From: Eledone cirrhosa
Lineage: Eukaryota
Assembly: GCA_964016885.1 (NCBI GenBank)
Contig: OZ024744.1
Span: 62,620,001 to 62,684,000, forward strand
Direction of reading: 5' to 3'
DNA: 64,000 nt
A program made the position numbers and the translations under genes. Below, piece after piece: positions 52,198 to 64,000 of the stretch (its first letter is position 1; each line of letters starts with the position of its first letter). The notes beneath the pieces were generated by a model. The model searched no databases, was not told the DNA's origin, and saw nothing but the letters and a program-made list of their open reading frames with translations.

Positions 52198-52225
52198 GAA
52201 AGACAAAGAATTTTATATAGAGAGA
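51860..52225 (-). mobile_element. Possible Helitron 5' end remnant
   Basis: Minus strand A|TCTCTCTATATAAAA followed by (GTCT)n; 3' end not found. Confidence 0.4.
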
Positions 52226-52254
52226 TACAATACGTACATTCATAACATTGTCTT

Positions 52255-52520
52255 CTTCTTCTTCTTCTTCTTCTTGAGAAGGTGATTGGAGCAGAGTCCT
52301 CAAATACTACTTCCAATGGGTCTTGTCAAAAGCAACCAACTCCAACTGATCTGGTTGGATCCTCAAATGTGACCAGCCAAGCTCATGGATGTTATCCAAC
52401 CATCTTGCTCAGGGTCTACCCCTGGGTCTCGTGTAGGTTGGTTTTGCCCGTAAAATCAGTCCAGTGATTATTTTCTAAGACATTCTAACCACATGTCCAT
52501 AGTATCGGAGCTGTGATCAC
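52255..52520 (-). mobile_element. Old RTE (Rex3/Expander-like) 3' fragment
   Basis: Homologous to 40920-41170; (GAA)n tail. Confidence 0.6.
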
Positions 52521-52906
52521 TCAATTACTATTTTCTTTCATTTGTACCCAAACTTGTATATATATAGAACGAAATTTCTTGTTCATGACGTGAATCCTCT
52601 GTTCGATCATGGAATACCACAGGCTTACATATTACGTAAGCTGGATGGATGATTTTGGATTCATAGAAACCTATCAGACGTATTGCAAAATATCGTTCGA
52701 TATGTCCAGGTCAGTTGTCTAACCTGATTAGTTTTTTTTGGTATTGTGTGGCTAGATCTGCCTGCTGCAATTTTCAATTTGTCAAGCTGTCTAAACGTAT
52801 GTTATTACTCTAAGAGCCTACCTTATTGAGTGCTTTGCTGCTCATTTCTAATTGTAGGTCGTTAGCTTAGCCACAGCCAAAGCTTCCATTTTACCAAGCT
52901 TCCACT

Positions 52907-52987
<81 letters not shown>

Positions 52988-53115
52988 TAAATCCTCAATG
53001 TGGTGCCATATATGGTTGACTAAATACACACATGCTTTTTCTCCCAACATTTTTTCCCTGTTCCTTCCTCTTCTCAATCTCCATCTTTCTATTCATTCTT
53101 TTATTTCTCATTCTA

Positions 53116-53151
53116 TCTACTGATGAAGGACTAGTGTCCGAAACGTTAAGA
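53116..53151 (+). ncRNA. Minimal type I hammerhead motif in a PLE 3' end
   Basis: tcta-CTGATGA-a-GGAC-tagt-GTCC-GAAAC-GTT-aaga; palindromic ACGT stem III (dimer type); followed by the tail family of 4391-4467. Confidence 0.8.
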
Positions 53152-53737
53152 CTCTTTTCCTATTATATCAAGCATTAAAATAATATATTTATTTATTGTA
53201 CTGTATTGTTTGCTTTGTTGTTTCTGTTTATTTTTTGCATACTGTGTGTGTAGGAAAGAATGAAAGAATTAGAGAATGAGAGAATGAAAAAATGGAATGA
53301 ATGCTGCATATGTATGAGAAATCAGTAAGTAAACAATGAATAGGAGGGTATCGAATGACCTTTCTAGGTTAGTGTTGGTGGAATTTTAAGATATGGTGTC
53401 CAAATGTAAGATACTAATCAACCGACAATGATCATAATGCTAGCAATTATATCCAGATGTGTGCATATATGATAGGCCAGTTGGTAACAATCAAGAAAGA
53501 AGACTCAGAATGTATAGCTGGTAAGATGTAGGGATAATAAGAGAGGGGGAGGAAGATAGTAGATAAGCAAAAGATTGACTGATAGATAAGTGCATATATC
53601 AAAACCAGATTATGTAACTTATAATAGGTGGCTGAAGGGATTATTTTGTGTGTTGTCAGTGGGTCTGTATTTTATATATGTATTTGTGTCCTTGTGTTAT
53701 TTTGATACACATACATATGTATATATAATTATATATA

Positions 53738-53816
53738 CAGGGTGTCCCTGCAAAATGTATACACACTTCAACAGCATTCTAATAAATATGTGTATAAATG
53801 TTCTGGGGACACCTTG
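53738..53816. mobile_element. Tiny Tc1/mariner-type MITE
   Basis: TA|CAGGGTGTCCC .. GGGACACCTTG. Confidence 0.6.
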
Positions 53817-53829
53817 CCTATGTACAAAG

Positions 53830-54008
53830 TGAAACCTACAGTCAGTAGGCACCTCTTAACCAAATATACATCCCAATCCACTACCCCTACCCTATCCTCC
53901 CACTCCCGCCAACACCATCCTCTCACTGTAAAGTTGGTACCACAACATCCAACTCCCGTCTAACTCATGCTAGCGTGGAAGATAGACGTTAAACGATGAT
54001 GATGATGA
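53830..54008 (+). mobile_element. RTE 3'UTR fragment (internally deleted)
   Basis: Matches 18474-18845 in reverse with the middle missing; (GAT)n tail. Confidence 0.7.
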
Positions 54009-54131
54009 TATATATATATATATATATGAAAAAAGTTTGTCCTTCATCAGTGATCTTCCAACTATCATAGGTATATATATAATTATATATCATTAAAAGA
54101 TTGGAAGCGATATTCAGGTTTATTTAAAACT

Positions 54132-54189
54132 CCGTTATACATATTTTGCTGAGGACTATCTCTTATGATAGCCTGGGCTCTTCAGACAG
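54132..54189 (-). ncRNA. Degenerate hammerhead motif in a short PLE end
   Basis: ctgt-CTGAAGA-gc..gctatc-ataaga-gatagt..gc-AAAA-tatgta-TA-acgg; GAAA has G>A; AATAAA follows. Confidence 0.45.
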
Positions 54190-54342
54190 CGAAACCTATA
54201 AAAACAATGAAAGTTCCTAAAATAGACCCTTTAAATTTGGAAAAATAACTTCCTCAAAAAGGATTTTCTTTTCTTAATTCAGAGGGTCGGCCGGCATGTG
54301 GTGTTGTTTCTTTGACGGCCAGCCCCTATATAATTATATATA

Positions 54343-54557
54343 TCATCATCATCATCACTGTTTTACGTCCGTTCTTCCACGCTAGCATGGGTTAGATGGG
54401 TTGTCCTGTTGTGGGCAGTGTCTGGTCAGCTGACATTGTTTTGCATATACTGGAACTGATTCTTGCTTGATTTCTACAGCTGGGTGCCCTTCCTAACACC
54501 AACCTCATTTACAGTGAGTGCTGGGTGCTTTTTTTCTGTGGCGCCTACACGGCCACT
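54343..54557 (-). mobile_element. RTE 3'UTR fragment
   Basis: Matches 16626-16830. Confidence 0.8.
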
Positions 54558-54585
54558 TATATATATATATATAATAATATATATG

Positions 54586-54634
<49 letters not shown>

Positions 54635-54647
54635 GTTTATATATATA

Positions 54648-56198
54648 TACTTGGCATTTGTCGACCTTGAGAAAGCCTTTGACAGAGTTCCACGTGCAGT
54701 AATCTGGTGGGCTCTTAGAAAACTAGGAGTAGATGAATGGCTTGTGAAAGCGGTACAAGCCATGTATAGGGGAGCAGTCAGCAAAGTTAGGATTGGCAAT
54801 GAGTATAGCGAGGAATTTAGCGTACAGGTTGGGGTCCACCAGGGCTCTGTTCTTAGCCCTCTCCTGTTCATCATAGTCCTGCAGGCAATAACGGAGGAGT
54901 TTAAGACCGGATGCCCATGGGAACTCCTGTATGCTGATGACCTCGCACTCATAGCTGAATCTATGGTAGAACTAGAGAATAAATTCCAAACCTGGAAGCA
55001 GGGACTAGAGAGAAAGGGCCTCAAAGTCAACATGACAAAGACTAAGGTCCTTGTAAGTAGACGAGAAAACAGAACCCAGATCCCCTCAGGGAAATGGCCT
55101 TGCTCAGTATGTAGGAAAGGTGTAGGTAGGAACTCCATTCTCTGCCCCAAATGCAAACAATGGGTACACAAGAGATGTAGCGGGATCTCAGGAAGCTTAT
55201 TTAAGAATGTAGGATTCACATGCAGCAGCTGTGCTGAAACAGCAAGCAAACAGCCACAGGAAACAAGTACCACCAATCTCTGGGAGGGCCCTGTAGAAAC
55301 AGTAGACAGCTTCTGCTACCTAGGTGACCGAATTAGCAACGGAGGTGGGTGCTCAGAAAGTACAATAACTAGGGTAAGAACGGGATGGAAGAAGTTTAGG
55401 GAACTACTACCACTGCTAGCTGCAAAAGGCTTCTCCCTCAGAATGAAAGGCAGACTGTATGATGCGTGTATCCGAACAGCGATGTTGCATGGTAGTGAGA
55501 CCTGGGCGCTGAAGGTGGAAGACTTACGTAGATTAGAGAGAAACGAAGCCTGCATGCTCCGATGGATGTGTAACAGTAATATACGTGAACGACAAAGCAT
55601 AAAGGAATTGAGAGAGAGACTGAGCATAAGAGGAATCAAATGCTGCGTGCAGGAGAGGCGGTTATGCTGGTATGGACATGTGATGCGTATGAAGGATGAC
55701 AGCTGCATAAAAAGGTGCAGAGCACTAGAAGTTGATGGAAACCGCGGAGTGGGGAGACCCAAGATGACTTGGGATGAGGTGATAAAAGCCGACCTTACCC
55801 AACTACACCTCTCAAAGTCAATGACACACGACCGTGACTTCTGGCGTCACGCAGTAATACAGGGTACCCGACCTCCCATGGGTACATGCTGAAGCATATA
55901 AACAATATGCCCCCCCCCCCCCCCGCAAGGTGGCCGTGGAGGTGCCACGGCAAAAAAGCACCCAGCCCACACTGTAAAGTGGACGTGTAGGCGCCACGAA
56001 AAAGCACCCAGCACTCACTGTAAATGAGGTTGGTGTTAGGAAGGGCATCCAGCTGTAGAAATCAAGCCAGATCAGTTCCTGTATGAGCAAGGCATGGTCA
56101 GCCGACCAGACACTGCCCACAACAGGACAACCCGTCTAACCCATGCTAGCGTGGAAGAACGGACGTAAAACGGTGATGATGATGATGATGATGATGAT
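54648..56198 (+). mobile_element. RTE-clade LINE, 5'-truncated, open RT-to-stop ORF
   Basis: About 410 uninterrupted codons from LAFVDLEKAFD to the stop at 55892; 3'UTR; (GAT)n tail; TA flanks. Confidence 0.95.
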
Positions 56199-56266
56199 GT
56201 ATATATATATATATGATTATATATATATATATATGTATATACATATATATATACATATATATATAT

Positions 56267-59200
56267 GCTCCAGTCTTCTCACAAAGACACGATTACAACA
56301 ACAAATACAACAAAAACAACAACAACAAAAGTAATGCTGCTCCAGTCTTTTCACAAAGACACAATTACAACAACAACAAATACAACAACAAATACAACAA
56401 CAACAACAACAAAAGAGGGAACTGCAGCCCTATCCAATGGTGTAACCACAAATCCAATCAAAAACTGCTCCCTGAACAAGAACATTTTTCTTTTTTAGCC
56501 ATGAACCTGGCAAAAGAGATACAGAAAAACATTTTAGCCATCACCCAACACCATCCTTGCTGTCACTAACACACAATCTCAAAGCAAGCCCCCTGCAACA
56601 GTCAAAACCAGCCACCACACTAGCCTCCACATTTTTACTCAATACACAAGGTATCAGCCCATCCTTCAATGCACAGAAATGGAAGATCCAATTCATTGAG
56701 GATTGGGTTGGTAACCATCCATTTCACATCCCCTTCTTCATTTTTACTGAGACCCACCTTGACAACTCTCACTTGGAGGCCGAAGTAAGAGTGAGAAATT
56801 TCACAACCATCCGCGCAGATCGTATTGGCAGAAAGAAGGGTGAAACTGCCATTTTCTTGCATGATTTCTATACAGCAGATGGTAACACAACATTCTCTAA
56901 TGGATACTGTGAATCAGTCACTGTGCACAACAAAGCCAATGACCTGACATTAGTTGGTCTCTATAGACCACCACAAACACCCATAATCTGTTTCAAAGAA
57001 TGCCTCAACAGCATTAAATGCTTTATTCAACAGTGCCATTCTAACAACATACGTTTGATGGGAGACTTTAATCTACCCTGTGTCGATTGGTCTACAAATA
57101 GTTTGAAACCAGGCACTCCCACCTCAACCACTGATAAAGCAGCAGTCGAGTCACTTCTCGACTTTATGAATGAGTTTTTCTTGTCCCAACTTGTCCTTGC
57201 ACCAACAAGGCATCAGAAGAACATTCTGGACCTAGTGTTTAGTAACCACACTAACACTATACATAATATTACAGTAGAAAAAACCCTTCTCTCAGACCAT
57301 GGCTTGGTTCTTTGTAACCTGAGATTCCACCAGCCAAAAGCTAATCCTAGGGACCTCTCTCCAGCCCACCCATTAGATAACATGGATCTCTATAATGCCA
57401 ACTGAGATGCAATTATGAACGAACTATCACATGTTTACTGGTCTTTTACACACACACACACATTTCCACCAACATCAAAACGTCTTGGCAGATGTTTGTA
57501 AATACTGTCACAAATATATGTACAAAACACACCCCACCAAAACATGTGAACAAAACCAAGTGCAGTATCCCCCAAAACAGAAAAACAATTATCAGAAAAA
57601 TAAAAAGAACAAACAAAAAAATTAACACACTAAAATACTGCCAACAGCAACACACACATTCGACAGCTATTGCCCTGCTTGAATCAAATAAATATAACCT
57701 CCAACAATGCATGAAGACCATCATCAATAACCAGAGAACAGCTGAAGAGAGGTGGGCCATTGAGAAAATCAAACTCTACCCCAAAGTGTTCTTTTCATTT
57801 GCTAAAAAATACAAGGTCCCTGTCTCCACTGGTGGCCCTCTAGTTGATGAAAATGGCACACTCCAAGATAATACCAAAACCATGGGTGAGATACTGCAGA
57901 AACAATACTGCTCTGTTTTCAGCAATCCTGATATGGCCGATCTGGGCTGTATCAGTGATGTTAACCCCCAACACACTATATCAGACATAATGTTTGGCGC
58001 CCCTGATGTCTTAGCGGCAATAAATGAAATTAAACACAATTCAGCAGTAGGCCCCGACAGGTTCCCTGCTTGTGTCCTGAAGGTGTGTCGACACCAACTT
58101 GCATCTCTTCTTGCTAATCTGTGGAGGAACTCACTGGATACTGGCTATATTCCTGAAAACTTTCTGTCCCAGTCCATTGTCCCAGTCTTCAAAAAGGGAA
58201 ATAAGACGCTTGCAGTGAACTACCGTCCGATCTCACTCACCTCTCCTATCTCAAGGTATTTGAGAGGGTGGTGAGATCACGAATCACCCACTTTCTTGAA
58301 AGCAACGGCCTGCTAAACTCCAACCAACATGGGTTCCATAATGGAAGGGACTGCCTAACGCAGCTCCTGCATCACTTTGACAATGTTTTGAGAGCCTTGG
58401 GAGAGGGCTCCAACACTGATGTCATCTACCTTGATTTCAGCAAGGCCTTTGACAGGGTTGATCATAAAATTCTACTGAAAAAACTATCCAATATTGGTGT
58501 CTCTGGAAAGTTACTACAGTGGATCAAATGTTTCCTGACAGACAGAACCCAACATGTTGTAGTTGAAGGAGTAAAATCAAGCCTTGCCAAAGTCAGCAGT
58601 GGCGTCCCACAAGGCACTGTGTTGGGCCCACTTCTTTTCATCATCTGCATTAATGACATTACTGACATCATCAAGCACAGCAACATAAGAATCTTCGCAG
58701 ATGATTCCAAGCTCCAAAGGGTCATCAATGAGGTGGGTGACCGGACTTGCCTTCAGTCTACCTACTGGCTGTTATCCAATGGGCAGAAAAGAACAATATG
58801 CTGTTGAATGAGGATAAGTTTGAATTGATCCACTTTGGAAAAAAGGATGCCCTGAAACTCCCATACTCTCTTCATTCAGGTGAAACTCTAGTGGCATCCA
58901 ACAACATCAGATACTTGGGAGTAAATGTGGACAACAACATAAGCTGGGCCACTCATATAAACAGCAAAATTGACATGGCCCGCAGAATGTATTCCTTGAT
59001 TCTCAGAACCTTCCAGTCGAGAGATATCCACACTGTTGTCCTTCTCTTCTCCACTTTTGCCCGACCCCACCTTGAATACTGTTGTCCACTGTGGTCACCC
59101 CCACATGAAACAAAGTATCATGAAAGTTGAAGCACCCCAAAGATCGATTACAAAAAAGATAGATGGCATGACAGGCCTTGACTATTGGATTTGATTAGAA

Positions 59201-59652
59201 AAGCTCAATCTTTATTCTCTCCAACGTCACCATGGGCGCTACATTATCTGCATGATGTGGAAAATATTCCATCAGCTTTGCCCAAATGATGTTGGCATCA
59301 CCTTTAATGTACACCCAAAGCTTGGGCGCCGTGCTATCTGCCCATGACAAAAATCTCACTCGCATCTCATAACAAATACGGCACAATTATTTCACCTCAA
59401 TTGGCCCTGCTCTCTTTAACATTACACCAAAACACATTAAAACAGAAACAGACCCCATCAAGTTCAAGAAGTCTTTGAACAAATTCCTTCAAGAAATCCT
59501 CGATAAGCCTCCTACACCCGGATATGCCTCCATAAACAATAACTCTCTATTTGAGTGGGCCATGGTGCCTAAACCCTGATTTGTAAGACTTCGCCAGGTG
59601 GTGCTATTAAGTTAGACATGGCCTGGGCCAATACTGGCCGAAACCTATCAAC
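56267..59652 (+). mobile_element. CR1-like LINE (APE endonuclease + RT), frameshifted
   Basis: APE: FTETHL, YRPP, MGDFNLP, ILDLV, LSDH; RT: NYRPISLTS, YLDFSKAFD, GVPQGTVLGP, FADD, RPHLEYC. Confidence 0.92.
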
Positions 59653-59674
59653 AATATATATATGGATACACACA

Positions 59675-59722
<48 letters not shown>

Positions 59723-59889
59723 CAATAATAATAAATTTGGAGACTAAAATCCAAAGAGGGCTCGATAAGGATAAATATATATCAAATATATAAGAACCGT
59801 AGAGCAAATATTTATTAAAATAACAGATTAAAGTTTAAGCAAAGAATCGCTGCTTTCACCCTTAACGAGATCTTCTATATGTATATCTT

Positions 59890-60827
59890 GCAAGCAGCAA
59901 ACAGCCACAGGAAACAAGTACCACCAATCTCTGGGAGGGCTCTGTAGCAACAGTAGACAGCTTCTGCTACCTAGGTGACCAAATTAGCAGCGGAGGTGGG
60001 TGTTCAGAAAGTACAATAACTAGGGTAAAAACGGGATGGAAGAAGTTTAGGGAACTACTACCACTGCTAGCGGCAAAAGGCTTCTCCCTCAGAATGAAAG
60101 GCAGACTGTATGATGCGTGTATCCGAACAGCGATGTTGCCTGGTAGTGAGACCTGGGCGCTGAAGGTAGAAGACTTACGTAGATTAGAGAGAAACGAAGC
60201 CTGCATGCTCTGATAGATGTGTAACAGTAATATACGTGAACGACAAAGCATAAATGAATTGAGAGAGAGACTGAGCAAAAGAGGAATCAAATGCTGTGTG
60301 CAGGAGAGGCGGTTGTGCTGGTATGAACATGTGATGCGTATGAAGGATGACAGCTGCATAAAAAGGTGCAGAGCACTAGAAGTCGATGGAAACCGCGGAG
60401 TGGGGAGACCCAAGATGACCTGGGATGAGGTGATAAAAGCCGACCTTACCCAATTACACCTCTCAAAGGCAATGACACACGACCGTGACCTCTGGCGTCA
60501 CGCAGTAATACAGAGTACCCGACCTCCCATGGGTACAAGCTGAAGCATATAGACAATATGCCCCCACACCCCCCACCGCAAGGTGCTCGTGGAGGTGCCA
60601 CGGCAAAAAAAGCACCCAGCCCACACTGTAAAGTGGACGTGTAGGCGCCACGAAAAAGCACCCAGCACTCACTGTAAATGAGGTTGGTGTTAGGAAGGGC
60701 ATCCAGCTGTAGAAATCAAGCCAAATCAGTTCCTGTATGAGCAAGGCATGGTCAGCCGACCAGACACTGTCCACAACAGGACAACCCGTCTAACCCATGC
60801 TAGCGTGGAAGAACGGACGTAAAACGG

Positions 60828-60860
<33 letters not shown>
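59890..60860 (+). mobile_element. RTE LINE 3' fragment, same subfamily as 54648-56198
   Basis: Highly similar to 55240-56198; internal stops. Confidence 0.92.
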
Positions 60861-60897
<37 letters not shown>

Positions 60898-60900
<3 letters not shown>

Positions 60901-63289
60901 ACCCAACAACAGTTAGAAACAGAGTTCTGGACAAATTTTGTGACCACATACCAACTTTCCCATACCATGAACTACCGCAACCTAAACCCAAACCCAACAC
61001 AAGTCGAAGGGAATGGGAGATTATCCATGAACTAAAAAACAATACGGACATTATAATTAAGGAAGCGGACAAGGGAAGTACTGTCGTCATTATGGAGGCT
61101 GAACAATATAAAAATTCTATGTTCTCTCTCTTACAAAATACTAACTACTATGAAAGAGTAAAAAACTACCAGCAATCAAAAACGATGACCAGATTAAACA
61201 CATTCATTTGTCGATACCAGGAAGACTTAACTAAAAAGCAACGCAATTATTTAACACATTTTGAATACAAAACCAGCAACCTTTACGGACTTCTGAAGAT
61301 CCACAAGTGTAAAATAATTAACGATGCCTGTAAACAATCCACCTCAGCCTGCGTGAACAGACAATACCCCACAGACCTTAAATTAAGACCAATTATAGTG
61401 GGCCCACAAGGTTATAGACATACTACTAAAACCTATTCTCACACACATACCAAGCCTTGTAAGAGACGATCTGGACCTCTTAAATCACCTCCACAAACAT
61501 GTCAACAACGACACTATTATTGTGTCTTTCGATATAGTGAATCTCTACACAACAATCCCACACCAATACGGACTAGAAGCAATAGGATTCTGGCTAGAGA
61601 TATATCCCAATGAGATACCTGACAGAATAGAAAAAAGCTTCATCACCAAGGGATTAAAATTTATTTTACAGAACAACTTTTTGGATTTTGATGGCAGTAC
61701 TTACAAACAAATATCGGGGACTGCGATGGGTACAAAAGTCGCTCCAACTTATGCCAACTTAGTCATGGCATACTTGGAAGTCCAGATATATGAACAGTCC
61801 AAATCAAAATACAGATTGCACTTTCACAAATATTTATCAGAGAATTGGAAACGCTTGTTGATGATTGTCTCATTCTTTGGTCCCACACACTCGACCAACT
61901 AAATGATTTCAAAAATTTAATTAACGGCATCAATAACCACATCCAATTCACAATGGAATACAGCCAAGATCAACTCCCATTTCTGGACAAAAAAGACACA
62001 AATATTGAAACTTACATACACAACAAACCAACAGATTCCAAACAATACCTGCTATTCACCACCAGCCATCCAAAGCACACGAAGACGAACATCCATTTTA
62101 ACCTAGCAAGAAGAATTTGCACAATTGTCTCCAATTATGAAACGCGAAATAAAAGACTTTAAAAATTAAAGGAAATTCTACTCGAAAGACAGTACCCACC
62201 ATTACTAATAAATAATTGTTTCTACTTTAGGCACAAGGCCAGCAATTATCCCAGTGCATTACTGGTACTTTATTTTATCGACCCCGTAAGGATGAAAGGC
62301 AGAGTTAACATCGGCGGGATTTGAACTCAGATCATAAAGGGACGTAACTATGCTGGAAAATAGAAAGAGCTAAACAGAAACAAATTCAACGTACGTCCAA
62401 TATTCTATCATATATCTCAATACACAACCCAAGAAATGTGGAAGCTTACAACACTATTCACAAGAACATCCCACTATTGAAATAAGACCCAAGAATGAAA
62501 AAAGCCCTTGAAACACAAAATAATCAAAAGCAAAAGACAACCGAAATCACTAAAAACATTACTCACCCACAACCAACTGTCAAAAAATGTGGTCATTCTA
62601 ATTGTGGAACCTGCACTCACCTCATTGAAAGCAACACGTATACATTTCAATCAGGACAAAATTTTGCTGTAAAAAATCACTTCACTTACTCATCAAAAAA
62701 TCTACTTTATGCCATTAAATGTAAAGGATGCAATGAAGATTATATAGGACAAACTAAACTCACACTCAGAAACAGAATGACAGTTCATCGCCAACAATTA
62801 TGAGATCCAACCACGAGACAGATACCACTAAGTGCACATCTAGACATATGCGCAAGTAATAAGACACCCAAATTCCAAGTCTTCCCATTTTATCTTTGCG
62901 CTGACAATACAACAGAACAAATACAAATAAATAAGGAAAATATGTTTATTCAAAAATATATACCAACATTAAATATAGATTAATATACATTATGTTAACA
63001 CTATAACATGCTAACCATCCAAACAGACACATACACACACACACATAACACCTTCTACTTTAGAAAATAAAAACCAGAACTAAATAAACCTCAACATACG
63101 TTAATACTCTAACACCTTAACATGCTAACCACACACCCCACACACACATAACCCCCTCCCCCATTTCTACTAACGGAATCATTTTCCTACACACGCACAC
63201 ATAAAATATATATATTCTCTCCATCTTAACAGGCCAACCATACTCCCACACACACTTACACACACACACAAGCACACAAATAAACATAC
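60898..63289 (+). mobile_element. Penelope-like element (RT + GIY-YIG), disrupted
   Basis: IIIKEADKGSTVVIM, YGLLKIHK, LRPII, SFDIVNLYT, GTAMG, LPFLD; LLYAIKCKGCNEDYIGQT. Confidence 0.92.
62209..62360 (-). mobile_element. CORE-type SINE nested in the PLE
   Basis: Same sequence family as 41286-41468. Confidence 0.85.
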
Positions 63290-63653
63290 GTTGGATGTAC
63301 AATGTCAATGTGCATCAACGACCAAGCATAGACGAGTTGAGAAAGAAACTGAGTATAAGAGTGATAAGCTGTAGTGTGCAGGAGAGAAGGCTGAGATGGA
63401 TGGTATGGAGATGTGATGCGCATGGAGGATGACCGATTGGTGAAGAAGTGCCAGGAAGCACCAGTGGAGGGAAGACGCAGTAGAGGTAGACCATGATAAA
63501 CATGGGCGGAGGTGGTGAGAGCAGACCTCAGATCTCTGAAGCTCACGGTGGAGATGACGAAGGACCGTGACGGGTGGAGAGATGCTGTGCTGAATAGGAC
63601 CCGTCCAACCCATGCAAGCAAGGAAAAGCGGACGTTAAATGATGATGATGATG

Positions 63654-63654
<1 letters not shown>
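63290..63654 (+). mobile_element. RTE LINE 3' fragment
   Basis: [26 protein letters not shown]; (GAT)n tail into (TA)n. Confidence 0.9.
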
Positions 63655-63878
<224 letters not shown>

Positions 63879-64000
63879 AATCAAAAATGGCGAGCTGTCA
63901 AGATGATACAATGTGAGTTTTTTCATAATAATAATGATCTTTTGCCGCATAGAGTTGGGGCCCTTTACGTTCTAAGTTCAAATCCTGCCAAGGTTAGCTT

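Noticed and set aside
59600-59650. GGCC..GGCC-GAAAC at the CR1-like 3' end as a ribozyme
   Set aside because: No CTGANGA core; better explained as a LINE 3' stem-loop.
54648-60860. Direct-repeat RTE copies flanking the CR1-like element as a composite LTR-like unit
   Set aside because: Different 5' truncation points and separate TA flanks fit independent insertions of one subfamily.

Overview
AT-rich eukaryotic DNA made almost entirely of nested, decayed transposable elements. The mix of long (TA)n/(CA)n tracts, RTE LINEs ending in (GAT)n, tRNA/CORE-type SINEs and Penelope-like elements (PLEs) suggests a coleoid cephalopod such as Octopus; this is inference, not a database result. The window holds about 15 RTE LINE copies or fragments (the longer ones carry a PHD-like finger inside the RT), three PLE bodies (RT + GIY-YIG), two Ty3/Gypsy remnants, one CR1-like and one L1/Tx1-like LINE, a mariner, several MITEs, non-autonomous Helitrons, many SINEs, a decayed 5S rRNA copy and several minisatellites. 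No intact host gene is visible; there is one good candidate small exon at about 51.03 kb. Most notable: (i) PLE-associated hammerhead ribozyme motifs, including one whose stem II is expanded into a two-hairpin junction, plus short fold-back inserts that break inside the hammerhead; (ii) a Helitron whose 23-aa STPR-like coding repeat has expanded to about 34 copies; (iii) an RTE 3'UTR unit that seeds a 48-bp minisatellite. Most short ORFs in the track are microsatellite or antisense artefacts. Boundaries of decayed elements are approximate.
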